A stretch of DNA of 63,968 nt, filler included, from Reticulomyxa filosa (GCA_000512085.1; 17 parts of 17 records of this genome joined end to end with filler, not necessarily neighbours in it); one strand, 5' to 3'. Positions 1-13,654 are shown, counted from the whole stretch's first letter. The notes: generated by a model from the letters alone, not told the origin. Translations and numbers: made by a program.

Positions 1-1
1 C

Positions 2-2920
2 CTCTTTTCCAATTTTTTTTACCATACATTCAACAGGTGTCTGCGAGGTATTTTCATTGAATGCACCTCCTCGAACATCAATCCATGCACCTTGTTCAAT
101 GCAATAACGAGCAATATCCCAACGTTTGTTATTTATTGCCAAAATTAATGGAGCGTTTCCATATTCATTGAATGCATCATTGATGTCAATACGATGATCT
201 TGCAATGCAGATGTCAATTGAGACATATCGCCTAATCGTGCTGATTCACATACGACATTGTAACGATCCTTGGGCTTGCTTGTGTCACAGCGAGGGTGTG
301 GAATGTCATTGTCATCAACATTCCATTTCTGTTCTATTGGAAATTTCCATCTAATGGCTTTTTCATTGCAACATTGTAGTAGTTTATTGAAAGCATCAGA
401 GTTAATAAGATTTTTATCATTAGAATTAAATTGAATGCGAGGGATCCATGCCCATAAAAAAAGTACCAATATTTCCATGTGAATATCATTGATATTATTC
501 ATTTCTTTGTTTCCATTCAATTGATTTTGTTGTGTGTATTTCTTATCAATAAATTTTCTCTTCTCCTTTTCCTTTCTTGGGGTATCCATTTTCAACATAT
601 ACATTATAACACGTTGCCACATATCATCTGATATCCTTAACAGTATTTCAATTACCTTATTGTCCTTTTTCAAGAATTGCGAATAAAATTTCGTAAATAA
701 ATACAATTGCTTGTCATTAAAATTGTGAATTCTTTTATCGATATCATCTGAATCCAAATAAAAAAAAAGAATATGATGATCGCGATCAAAGGGAAAATAT
801 TCAAATACTTCGTCCATTTGTTTTTCATTTAATTTCAGTGCTATTCCTTTAATTACGTAGGCACATAAATTGCGAACATGTTCATTCTTACCCTTGAGTC
901 CATTAGCCAAAACTTTGAAAGCAGAATTATATTTTCGTCCATTTGGTTCCCAAAAGAGTGTACTCAATTGTAGGCTGTAATGTGGTTTGATAGAATCTGC
1001 TTTTTTGAACATATTGAACAACCACATGAACTCATCATTGCATTGCCTTTCCTCGAATATTGTCAGAGTTGCTTCAAGTGATTCCCTTAATGATAAAGTG
1101 TTTTCATCGATTCCATTTAATTTCATTAAGAGTTTATCAATCCAGTATGCACAATATTCATGAAGTTCATCCTCCTGTTCATCATTGAGTCTATCTACCA
1201 AACATTTCGAAGCATCATTCAATTGTGCTTCACTTAACTTTACTGCTATACTTACAATAGACTCTGCACTTGACTTTCTAACGATTATGTCTTCATTCTT
1301 GTCATTAAATTTTTTCATTACACATTGAAATGCAATATTCAATTGAATTCTATTCAATTTTTCTACAATCTTTCCAAGTGATTTTGCACATAAACATTGA
1401 ACATTTTTATTTTTATCTTTGAATCCACTGATCAAATATCCAAAGGCCTCATTGATTTGTTTATCATCCAATTGTAATAAGAGTTCTTGAATTGCCTTTG
1501 CACATGAATAACGAACATGTTCATCTCTGTCTTTCGATTCTTTCATCGTCAAGCGCACAAAGAGCGTATCCAATTGTATTTTATTCCATTGCATTGATGC
1601 TGCTGTCAACAAATCAACGCATTCTTTGCGTATACGCTGTTTGTTATTGTTTAATCCATCCATCAAATTTTTGAAAGCAATATCCAAATATTCATCCTTC
1701 AATTTCATCAAAATTATTTTAATGGGATATATATATCCCCAACCAATATCTTCATTTAATCTATTCACCAAACATTTGAAAGCATCATCGAATTGTACTT
1801 GACTCCATTTCATTGGATGTGCTACTAGCAATTCTGCATATGCTTTGTGTACATATACAAATCTATCATTCAATCCACATATCAAACATCTGAAAGCATA
1901 ATCCAATTGTACTTGATTCCATTTTATTGAAAGTTTTACTAGCATTTTTGCACATTCTATGCGCATAAGCCTGTCTTCATCTTCCAATCCATCTATCAAA
2001 CATTGGAAAGAATATTGTAATTGTTCTTCGTTCAATTTCACTGAAATTTTTTCAAAAGATGTTGAGAAATGTCCGAGGATCCATGTATTACGTAACCTTC
2101 TGCTTAAACGTCTGAGAGCAACATTCAAGTGTTCTTCTTTCAATTTCATGGATATTTTTTCAAGTACTTTTGCACATAATCTACTGAAATCTGCAATTGG
2201 ATTATCTAATCCATTGATCAAATATTGAAAAACATTTTCATTCCGTTCTCCCTCATGCAGTTTTATTAAGAGTATTTCGAGTTCATCTTTAAAAAACATA
2301 CCATATTCGAATGCATCCTCCAAGTATTTTCCACCCAATCTTATTGCTATTGATGCAAGTAACTCTCCACATGAGTGTTCATTTTTTTCATAATTGATTC
2401 CAGTCATCAAAATCAGAAAAACATATTTCGCTTGCTGTTCATTTAATTTTGATCCTACTTCTAAAAGTAGCTTTGCAGACTTTTCACGAATGTCTGTTTC
2501 AGATTTCTCGCGAATGTCTGTTTCAGACAAAGCGCTTATTAAAATTTTGATAGCATCATTCAATTGATCTTCTGTTAGTTCCTCTAATATTAGTTTGCAG
2601 TAATAATATCCACATCGTCGAAGAAGTAGTTCAAAATATTGTATATCAATATCTGATGTTTTTCTGAAGATATGTAGACGTGGAAATATACGATCTGCGT
2701 ATAAATTGTCATGTGGTTTGCATTTAAGTTGCTTAAATTGATCAATAACACATGAGTGAATATCCGGATGAACAAGAACATACTGTAAAGTAAGCGAATG
2801 CATTTCTATCTCATTCATAAAGTGCTCATATACAAATTCGTCTTTGAAAATATAAAATTCGTAATCATAACATTGGCTTTTGTCAAAATTGATCCAAGCA
2901 ATGAGCCACGATTTGAATGA
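2..2920 (-). CDS. Intronless HEAT-like repeat protein with C-terminal ankyrin repeat (partial at both ends, 973 codons)
   Basis: Manual translation gives the same frame at both contig ends; absent from the ORF track because no stop falls in the window. Contains ~39-40 aa repeats (e.g. GLEDEDRLMRIECAKMLVKLSIKWNQVQLDYAFRCLICGLND) and an ankyrin motif near the left edge (NEYGNAPLILAINNKRWDIARYCIEQGAWIDVR). Confidence 0.85.
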
Positions 2921-2921
2921 A

Positions 2922-3021
2922 NNNNNNNNNNNNNNNNNNNNNNNNNNNNNNNNNNNNNNNNNNNNTTAATTAATTAANNNNNNNNNNNNNNNNNNNNNNN
3001 NNNNNNNNNNNNNNNNNNNNN
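2922..3021. other. Artificial contig-joining spacer (N44-TTAATTAATTAA-N44, stops in all six frames); first of 16
   Basis: Identical 100-nt spacers also at 7830-7929, 10006-10105, 16005-16104, 17771-17870, 22730-22829, 26302-26401, 27579-27678, 32332-32431, 37579-37678, 38869-38968, 47429-47528, 50943-51042, 52230-52329, 55612-55711 and 62848-62947. Confidence 0.98.
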
Positions 3022-4931
3022 TGTTGTTGTTGTTATTGTTATTGTTGTTGCTATTGTTGTTGTTATTGTTATCTTTATGTTCTTTGTTTTCATTATTATC
3101 AATACATTTATATTCCCTTTCTCCATTTTCAAAATGCTGTTCCTGTTCCTTTGTTTCAGAGTATTTTTCATCTGTCCCTTCGTCAACTTTGGTGGTCGCA
3201 TTTGTGGACACGGGCTTACCCTCCCCTTTATTCATACAAGTGCATTTTTTTCCACGATGAGGCCGCAGCGACATTAGTCTGGCCTGAGTGATGTTGAACT
3301 TTTCTTGCAAAAACTTGTGCGGCATTAGCGTTTGGCGGACGGACGAGGCAATGCTGACCATCCGCGTTTGCCTTGGCCCATCTGAGGATAGAGATAACAT
3401 GGAATGCGACTTCATTGACTTGCGATCGATTATAGAGTCGTCGACTTCCATACCAGCTTCGCCAGTGTCCATCAATCTTTTTTTTCTTCGTTCCATCCGA
3501 TACTCCTCGCGTTTGGACATCCTGATCCGCTCTTCCGCTTTCGACTTGCTTGCGGATGTTTTCCTATTCGTGTTATTATCGTCTGTATCATTTGCAATGG
3601 ATGTCATGCCTGTCGTCGCTGTGGACATGGCGCTGGCAGTAGCCGCAGCAGACGTATGTGCGTCGGAAGAAGGGACTTGAGACTCGGCCGAGTGGAGAGA
3701 CGAATGGCCAACAGGTACCCATAGGCTGTATGCACTCGTACCTACCATCGAATCTGTTAACAACGACCCAGCATTCAATACCTTTTCAACTTGCTTTTTC
3801 AGTGAACCTGAATGCATTCTGTCTTTTTCTTTTTCTTTCTCTTTATCTTTGCCTCTATCTTTATCTTTATGCTTGTCTTTGTCTTTGTCTCTTTGATAAC
3901 GACTCTGACGTCGCTTGGGACTGACCTCCACTTCGATCGAATGCAATGTGACGAGCGTGCTTGGACCAGGCGCCGTATACAGCTGATTGTGCAGCGTCAA
4001 CATGGCATTGCTCTCGCATAGATACTGCGTCATGATACGCCTTGTGTGTCTGGACTGCAAGTGATAACTGGAGGAGCCATGCTTCTGGCCGGGACGGGGT
4101 CGACTGGTCTTAAAATCGTACGTGGTCGAAATCGTAGACTTTTGGTCGGATTTGTTGTCCGTCGTGGAGGTCACCATGGCACTGGTGCAACCATCTCCGG
4201 TAGGTGACTGAGACGACAGCACGGACGAGGTGTCCACCACAAGTCCTTGCAGATACAACTCTGGCACATAATAGTCACATAGCCGATTCGGATGGTCCAC
4301 CTTCACGGCGTATCGAGACAAGTGCCGTTGTGTGGGTGTGCAAAACAGTGCTAATGTGTTGATATGACGATTAATTTCTTTTAGATTATCTCCGACCAAT
4401 ACTGTGCGACCCCCGGTTTGTAAGTGTGATGTTATAATCTTTGACAACCGTTTTTTATGATTCTCGTCCAAGCTTTCATCGAACCACGTTTCACCTTTTT
4501 TTTTTTTTTTTTTTAATATCATCATATGTACTCCACTAGTTTTTACTTCCCCTCATTTGCATTACAATATGCAAAAAAAAAAATTAGATAAACGTACATA
4601 TATATATATATATATGTACATATATGTATTATATGTATATTTTTTTGTGACTTTACTCAATGCAATAATGGGGGGTAGTTTAGATTGGAACATGACGTCG
4701 AATCGATGCACCAATTGCGGTAGCTGCAGTTCAATGGACGGCAATATGTTTTTCATGTTAATTTCGTCGTCCTCATTCACCGCACTCTCCATTACACATA
4801 TGTGCGAATGGTGATGCACATCGTGATTGCTTCCATCCTGAGCGTTGTTCACCTCATTTGATGTTGCTGTCTTGGGATCGTGTTGTTGGGGATAGTGAAG
4901 TGGCAACAGATCTGTTGCGTTATTATTATTA

Positions 4932-4978
<47 letters not shown>

Positions 4979-5663
4979 GGCATCATTACTATTTTGCATC
5001 ATATACTGCATTTGCATATTGTACCATCGATGCCAGGCCAACAAGTAGCGGATGTGACTGCCAGTGGACTCCAACCAATGTTCGATGCTTTCACTAATCT
5101 CTGTGAACCGTTCATAATGTTGTAACGGTACTGCGATCACCAGCGAGTAATGACCAGCACAAGCTTCATCTTCGCCGATGTCAATCATTATGCTGGTTGG
5201 AGTGCTGAGAGGATTCATACTGTCGCCTGCTGTGTTATTTGTATATTTTGCAACAATCCTTTTTTTAAAGAAAAAAAAAAAAAAAATTAGTATCAAAGAT
5301 ATATATGTATGTATATAAAAAATAGTGAGTGCTATACATTTATTTGCAAATTGTCATTATGATGAATAACCTGTTTGTTGGCTGTCTATGCGATATTCAA
5401 CCTCACTATAGTTTTCTCCAGCCGTTGTTCCATTGCTCCCGTTGTTGCTATTCGTGGAGCTTCCAGCGTTCCCTGGAGTAAGCCGACCGCCGTTTGTCAC
5501 TTGTGACGCAATTGAGTATGCCGTCTGATCTTGATTCCGCTGTAGCATTCTACATCCACAAACAAAAGCAAGCCCTTGCATGTTGTCCTCATTTCTTCCA
5601 TCTTTCTATTTTTTCCAAATTAGTGAAATAGACTATTTTTTTTTTGTTTCTTCTAAATGAATA

Positions 5664-5716
<53 letters not shown>

Positions 5717-6780
5717 TGATTACATAACCCTTGAAGAGCACTCAAGCTCGAATCAAATTGGACACAACTCAGTATAACTCCAAACTCTGCAACAATCAAG
5801 TTTTTTTATTCAAAGGGAGGAGGTTTTGTGCCCGTGTCACACCCTCGTCTCCAATCTTGGCCATCTAATGTCTTTTGATTATATGCATATTATACATTGC
5901 ATATCTTGGAAATATTCATATACACATATTATATATATATACATATATGTATATATATATATATGTATATGTATATGTATGTATATAATATATGTCCACA
6001 TATGTAATGTGCATAAATTGATTTGAGACCATGTAAACGGAACCTGCTTGGCAATCCAACTTTCCAATTCTTTGATCCAATGTCACTAGTACTAGCGTCG
6101 GCGTCAGTTTGAGGAGAGTGCGGCAGATGCATCAGTTTGCCGTCGTTTCGCCAAATGTGTTTGGGCTGAGGTCCATAAAATGTGCTATAATGACTCAGCT
6201 GTAGCAAATACAGAAACTCGCTGCTCAAATGAGCAATTTTGCGATTGTATTCTTCTTCTGCTATTATCTCATGTGATTTTTTGTAACGTCTATGCTGCTG
6301 CACTCCATTGCTATTGTTGGTCTCGCCATTGCTGTTTTGGTTTCCATTCACATTTGTCTCTGTGTTTCCATTCGTGTTCGTTGCCACTGACTCTGTACAA
6401 CTCTCCATATGCTTGTCTGCCAATTTCGGTGTGCCTTCGTCGTCTTCCGAACACACACTCATTCGCTCGCTGTCTTCTTCGTCATCAGTCTCCATTTTTT
6501 CTTCTTTTGGGATTGCTTCTTGGACTGTTACATGATTTTTTTTTTTTTTTTTTCTTAAAAAAAAAAAATCCCTTTTTTGCTACAAGAACATAAAAACATT
6601 TTGATTGCAGTTGGAAATAACAACAAAAAAATTTTTAGTTTTCTCCATTTCACTGGCAATACCAGACTCGTGCATAATAGGGCTTGCCAGCTTTTCTGTC
6701 TGGCTCGAAACACCACCATTTTCGTTTTCTTTTTCCTTCTCAGTTTTACATTCGGAATCGAAAGTGTGGGATGTTGTCAT
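3022..6780 (-). CDS. C9orf72: C9orf72-like DENN-fold protein, multi-exon, with long low-complexity insertions (3' partial; first exon uncertain)
   Basis: Three motifs match C9orf72 in order: LSHYSTFYGPQPKHIW (human FAYWDNILGPRVRHIW), YSLVIAVP (YGLSIILP) and IITSHLQTGGRTVLVGDNLKEINRHINTLALFCTPTQRHLSR...YVPELYLQGL (AISSHLQTCGCSVVVGSSAEKVNKIVRTLCLFLTPAERKCSR...YESGLFVQGL). GT-AG introns lie between the blocks. Confidence 0.85.
4920..4978 (-). repeat. (AAT)n microsatellite encoding poly-Asn in the C9orf72-like gene
   Basis: In-frame run of N residues in ORF 4562..5296; an intronic (AAT)n also lies at ~5666-5712. Confidence 0.9.
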
Positions 6781-7130
6781 GTGATCCACAATGGGAAGAA
6801 GTTTGCTAGATAATTGTTCGTGATGATAGTTTTTTTTTTTTTCCTTGCTCCCATGTCCCAAAGGCAAAGCTACTATGCTTAAAACAAGCACGCTTGTACA
6901 CTCCAAACCATGCATACTTCTCATACTTGCTTTATTGCCACAAAATGCAAACTGCTTTGAAGTATATTTCTTATATTTGATATGAAAATCAAACTGAAAA
7001 GTAGCAATGAGATTTTTTTATAAGGCACAAAAAGTCTATGATTGAAACACATTTTCGCTCCAACCGAAAGACCAAAGGGTTTTTTTATTAGGAAAAATAG
7101 GTTCCATTTTGTGCAAAATCCCTTTTTGGC

Positions 7131-7814
7131 ATGGAAGAGAGCGTGAACAACACCACAACAAACGGCGCAGAATATCCGTTCATTAGTGGCCGAGATGATA
7201 TTGACGATAATGAATGTGTACGACCAGAAGACTCGTTTATTAAGGAAGGTCACAACACAACCACGTTGCACACGTTCTGGAACTTATGCAAATGTTTCGC
7301 TGGTGCAGCATCGTTTGAATTGCCATGGGCAATAAAAGAAGCGGGTTGGCTGTTTGGTGGTGTATCAATCCTGGTGATGGCAGTGTTGAGTCACTACACA
7401 TTGAAGTGGCTAGCAATGTGTGGCCACTACCATCCAACAAAAGCAGAGCCGATCTATCCGGAAATAGCAGGTGTAGCCTTCGGTAGAGTAGGTTATGCAT
7501 TGGGATGGTTCGGAGTGCTCTCGATGACAATAGGGGTATGCGGATCATATTTGGTGTTTATTGGAACGGCCGTGTCCTCGATGCTGAATGTATCACAGCT
7601 CACCCCTTCGGTGTGCACAAGTCTGACATGTATTCCTTTGATCGGATTGCGTGGTTGCGGAGTTACAAATTCCTGGCCCCGACGTCGCAATTGGGATTAC
7701 TGGCGTTGACCTTTGCACTAGCTGTTACCGTGATACACGGCATTGAGACCGTTCCATCTGTCGACAACTTGGACGTGGTTGTCGCTCGTTGGAAGACTTA
7801 CCCACTTTTTTTAG
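7131..7814 (+). CDS. Amino-acid transporter, AAAP/Aa_trans (SLC36/SLC38-like) family, 5' part; 1-nt frameshift at ~7649
   Basis: TFWNLCKCFAGAASFELPWAIKEAGWLFG (family N-K-x-x-x-G-x-G/LP-x-A-x-x-x-x-G motif) followed by multiple TM helices. The protein continues in another frame as AWLRSYKFLAPTSQLG (typical W-I-R-x-L-K-x-L-A-P-x-S motif). Confidence 0.88.
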
Positions 7815-8000
7815 GTTTTTTTTTTTTTTNNNNNNNNNNNNNNNNNNNNNNNNNNNNNNNNNNNNNNNNNNNNTTAATTAATTAANNNNNNNNNNNNNNN
7901 NNNNNNNNNNNNNNNNNNNNNNNNNNNNNAAAAAAAAAACAAGTTAAATTGCATAATGTAAAATTATTGTCACTATTATTTGTATTTGTAAAAAAAAAAG

Positions 8001-9959
8001 GAGGTCGACCAAGTATGCAAAGAGTTGAAAAAACAACTTGACACTCTTACTTCTGAAAATTCCAAATTTCAAACGCAAGCACAGGTACTTTTTGTCTTTG
8101 TTTTTGAAGTATACGCACTAATGAAATCTTTGTTCTATTTTTGTAGTAAGAAATATTCAAAATGAAATAAAATGAAATAAAACAAAAAGCAATTGAATGA
8201 AGCAGAAAGATCGCTGGCATTGCTGCGAACGGAGTTAGAGGAAGTACAAAATCGCAAAAAAGAGGAGGTGACATTATTGCAAGCGGCAAGGGAAGAAACA
8301 GAGACCAAATACGGCAAACATTTGGAAGAATGGCAACGAGAAAAAGAGACGTTGCTTACACAGATTCGTGCCACGGGTGATGAGAAAGGTACTGTGGCTC
8401 AATTGCAAGAGCAAATTACTCAATTGAAGCAAGAGCATGAACAGGCCCAACAATTACTACAAGTTAGATTCTATCTTTTTTTTTTTTACAACTATTTCGA
8501 TGTCGACCTTTTGGTCTCATAGTTGTCCGCCTCCAACACTTTGTCCGAACTAAACACGGTGAAACAAGAAAAAGAGGAGTTGCAAAAGCGATTGATAGTT
8601 AAGACTCTATACACACACTACGTTACTATTTTTGAAATGACTGTCTCATAAACTCGGCCAAATCAAAATGCCACGCTCATAGGAAAAAAAAGAAGAAGTA
8701 GCACAAGTGTCGAAGCAGCTCTTCGATCGTGCCCTCAATATGGAAAGCGAGCAACAAAAACTACAAGTTTGAATATATATAATATATATAATATATATAA
8801 CATGATTGAACATGAATCATTTTGTGGGTGTATGGAATGACACACTGTTCAGGAAGAAAAAGAAACCGCACTTCGAGCAGTAGAAGGTAGCACGCAACGA
8901 GTGTCGGAGTTGGAACAGGCGTTGACAAAAGAAAAAGATACCACGCGAGAAGTTGCCTTGTTGCTAGAACAAGAACAAGCCAAATATGCCACGTTGCAAT
9001 TGGAACAAGGCTCTTTGACCAATCAAGTCCTTGTCTTAAGCCAAGTTTTGTTTTGAAACAAATCTTTTTTTTTTTTTTTCCCCCTCCCTCTTTTTCTCCA
9101 TTTGATTTAAATTGGATTCGAATTGGTATATGTGTGTTTAAAAAAAAAAAAAAAAAAGAAAATAACGGAACAAGACACGAAAATCTTGGAATTGACGGAA
9201 AGAAAGGACTACTTGGAGAAGAAGACAGCGGAACAAGAGGAAGCGCAAAAGCAAAAAGACAACGCGGAAAACAAGCTTGTGGAAAGCAAATCCGTAGAAA
9301 ACGAGCAGGAATTGACCGCATTGCGACAAGACAATGTACGCTTGCAATCGGACGTTACCGGTCTTAAAGAGGAAATTGTGCAATTGCAAACCGCCAAAAC
9401 CGACCACGTCAAACGTTTGGAAGGAGAAGTCGAACAGCATCTCCGCACAATCCAATTGCAAGAACAATCGTTACAAGTTATTTACATTCGCTGTGTCATC
9501 TTCACTTCCAATATAATTTTTTTTTTATCAAAAAAAAAAAAAAAAAGCAAATAAATAAGTAAACAAATAAAATCTACATATATATATGCACGTAATACAT
9601 ATACACATATATACATATATAAATATGTATACGTGTGTATTTCAGGCATTGGAAGCCTTAAAAGCACAAGTAGCAGCATTGGAAGCAGAAAAGAAAGAGT
9701 TGGCATCGGCACTGACAGCAGCTCAAAGCAAAGAAAAGGAGCATGCACAAGCGCAGGCACAAGTACAAGTGCAATCACAAGAACAAGTAAAAGAGCCGGA
9801 GATCAGTGAGCACGCCCCTCCAAAGGAAGTTGCTTCGACTGAACAGCCACCCGCGTTCAACAAGACTCGTACCACAACGCCACAGCCGAAGCCGAGCAAA
9901 AAACAAGTCCGGAACACGAACAAGCTGCCAACGCGTCCACACCAGCCCCTACTGAAGCA
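8001..9959 (+). CDS. Multi-exon coiled-coil protein (internal fragment)
   Basis: E/K/Q/L heptad-rich exons (8193-8462, 9159-9476, 9646-9959 etc.) separated by GT-AG introns. Confidence 0.75.
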
Positions 9960-10302
9960 GTCTTTTATATCACCTTTTTTTTTTTTTTTTTAATTGTCTT
10001 TTTTGNNNNNNNNNNNNNNNNNNNNNNNNNNNNNNNNNNNNNNNNNNNNTTAATTAATTAANNNNNNNNNNNNNNNNNNNNNNNNNNNNNNNNNNNNNNN
10101 NNNNNGGGGGGGTTTAATGACATAAGTGCGACTTTGCGAAGAGGTGCAATAATAATAATAACGTCACACATTTCGTCTCAAAGAACAAACATGTTTTTTA
10201 TTATTATTATTATTATTAAAAAAATCCCTTTTTTTTTTTTTTTTTACATTGAACTTTTTTTTCTCCTAAAAAAAATTTCCCTCTTTACACACTTTTATCA
10301 AG

Positions 10303-11028
10303 ATAAACCCAAAATGAAGGACGAAAATAATGGGTTGTATTACGTGATCATGTATTTGAATCCTGGAGATTATCATCGATTTCATATGAGTTGTGATATG
10401 CGTGTAGAGCGAATGAAACATATGCCAGGATATTTGTACGCGGTGAAGCCATCGTGGCTGAACAAAGTGCCAGGACTGTTTTCGTTGAACGAACGCGTGG
10501 TGATCGAAGGCACATGGAATCCGTCGTTGCAAGTGAATAATGATTGGTATTTCAGCTACACGCCGGTCGGCGCACTGTGTGTTGGCAACATTGTCATTCA
10601 CTTTGATAGTGCTTTGACCACAAATGATCATTCACACGATTCCTATTTGTGGTTTTATCGCAATGGCTTGACGCAGCCATTACCGCAAGTTGCCGATTCT
10701 AAACACAGAACTTTTCTACCTTATCAAACAGTCGGTGGGGTTGCTGCGTATACCCACGGATTTGAACATTCCTATGACCCCTTTTTTTTGGAAAAGTTTG
10801 GTTCTTTGCTTTTTCATTACAACTATGCTCATGCTTAACACTTGTTATTTATATAACCATATAAAACGTAATTGTTGTTGTGATTTAACAAGAGGTGAAG
10901 AGGTTGGATATTTCACTTTCGGATCGACAGTCGTCTTAATTTTTGAAGCTGCAAAATTTCAATGGTGCATTGAAAGGGGACAAAAAATAAAGTTTGGTGA
11001 GGCCATGGGCGAAATTGTCATGTCATGA
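10303..11028 (+). CDS. PISD: Phosphatidylserine decarboxylase proenzyme (3' exons 10303-10795, 10893-11028)
   Basis: YLNPGDYHRFH, LNERVV, VGALCVGNI and GEEVGYFTFGSTVVLIFE, including the pyruvoyl-forming GST cleavage motif. Confidence 0.93.
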
Positions 11029-13654
11029 AATTCATCCTGGTTGTTGTCATTTCGTTTCCCATAATTTTTTTAACTTGCAACACAAAATTCATGATGTTTT
11101 TTTATTCATCTCTCTGCGATTTTTATTTTCAACTTCTACCAAGAAAAAGCTCAATTAACTTGCATTTTTCATTCGTCCACTTTAAAAGAAACTTTTTTGC
11201 TACTAAAGGCTACGACGTTACCATGTCTATGTCATCATTTGATTAAAATCCTTTTTTCGGCATGACACAAACTACAAATATATTGGCAAAATCATAGACG
11301 AAATTACAAAATTAAAGATTATGCTTCTATCATTTAATTTCAGTTATATTGAAAGTAGCAAAGAGATCCTATCATATCACATTTAGAGCTAGCATAACTA
11401 CAATAATATCTTAATTATTTATTACGCAAAGACATGGCAAAATACTCCAAAATATAATTGTAGAAAAACACGAAATATCTTTTTCAATTTTATATATTAA
11501 CACGCAATAAAATTTTAGTGTTACAAAAAAATTTAAAAGTGAGTTTATATTTTGTTTGAGTTTTTAACTTTGTGTTTAGTTTTTCAGTGCTCAAGATGGC
11601 ACTTAAACGTTCAAAACAAAGGCTGCAACAAATATTTCGCTTTTTTTTAAAATAAGTAATAATTATAAAATTTGTGCAGCGTAGCTTGCGAATCTTCGCA
11701 GCACTGAATTCACAGGTATTGAAAAAAAATAAAATAATTTAAAATTTATGATGAAAACAAGCTAGCCAATTGATTTTTGTGAAAAATTATATCAATCTGA
11801 TAACATCAAGCAAAAAACTGCTTATTTTAACGATGCAGGATGGCAATTTGATCGATGTAGAAATATATGAAATGCCTTGCTTCATGAGTGACAAAACTGC
11901 TAAAGTTTTTCCCATGACACAATGCTATGTTGGCTCATGTTTTTTGTCAAATTCTTTTTTGATGTATCCGGCAATATCTCTTCTTGCCGAAATAGGCTTT
12001 GGAAAAGTTTACAGTACAGAAATTCTTTTTCTGTTATGGTTTTTCAACAAAATGAATTTAAATTGAACTGCAGCGGCACAAGTAACTGCATCCATTTGCA
12101 TGTTTGTGCTCATGTCTGCTATTTTCACTACTGATTTTTTCGTATATTGGGTCATTTCAATGATTTTGCTTGAGCTTTATTTTGTGAGTATTTTATTGCC
12201 TTTAAATCACTCAAACAAGATAGGGTGAGTGTTGATGCTCTTTGTTACAAAAAAATTTAAACGGTACTTAAGTTATCTATTAATATAAACCTCCAAAAAA
12301 TTTTTTTTGAGAAAACGATATTCTTTGAAAAAAATGTTTATGTGCTCCGTCTTTTCAAATCACAAAACTTTAGTGAGCAGAATTCACACTTTTCAGTACT
12401 GATATTCATGTCAAAAGCAAATATAAAAAAAATTGTGTCATGCATCAACAAAAGCATTTCTTCAAGTGTCACCTCCTCGGAAAAAAAACAAGCCCAAAGC
12501 ATCACAAAAGAAGATAAAAATCTTAAACAAATAATCTCCCCTTCAATCTACAAATGTTGTTGGGATGTCAGTGTTCAAAATTGAATAATCCGGATAAAAA
12601 CAGTTCTTTGCCACTAAACGTTTTTCGGGTGCAATCAAAATCAAGTTCCCAGAGAAATTCCAGAATGACATCGCAAACAATTTTTTCCAAAAAAAGATAA
12701 GCAAAAAAAAAAATCAACGCAAACAATTGGAAAAAAAGGTTCTAACAGAGGGAAGCTTTTGAAAGGCAGAGCAGAACAAGAGGGAAATCACAAGGAGGAA
12801 AGATAGAGATTGAAGAAGGAAAAGAAAAAAGACAAAAAAAGAAAAACGGCACGCGTAAAAAAAACAAAACAAAACAAAACAAAAAACGAAACAAACGCGA
12901 TGAATTTTAAAAAAATGAGTTATTGTTTATTTTCCCTTTGATTGTGAAAGCCGTATATTCCAGCCAACAACTTTTCTTTGCACCACACTAGCAATCTAAA
13001 ACAAACAAAAATAACATAAACAATTCTCTCTTTCAAAAAAAAACAAAAACAAAAAAAAAAATGATGCTTGCATCACAAGAAACTACACAAAAGGCTTCAT
13101 TTTTTAGGCTTTTTGTTTTTGTCTTTGTTTGTAATGTCAAAAAAAAAAAATGAAGAAATAATCGGAATTAAACACAACAACTCACAAAAGCAAACAACTA
13201 TTTAATATGCAGCCGGTGTGTTTTTCAAAGCAAAAACAAAGAAAATGACACCAGAAAAGAAATATTTTGCAATATTTTTCTCTCTGTTTTTTTTTTTAAA
13301 AAAGAGATATTTTTTTTTTGACAATTTCGGTAAGCTCTTATTATGCAAAGTCAACAACAATGAAGTCAAAACACAAATTGTTTTTTATTTTTTATTTTTT
13401 TTTCACAAAAAAAAACATACAAACAAATCAAATCACAATTGGGGGAAAAAGCAACGGAAAATAAGCATAGAAAGACTGTCTGACAAGACAACAAAATCAA
13501 ATGCGCCACCGCTCATCAAATCGAAAAGAAACAACAGTAAAAAAAAAAGTTTCAATTTTGTAACTTTGTTTTTTTTTTTTTAACAAAAAATTATGAAGAA
13601 AGAAAACAGAGTCTATAACAATTCAAAAAAAAAAAACAAAAAAAACAAAAAAAT

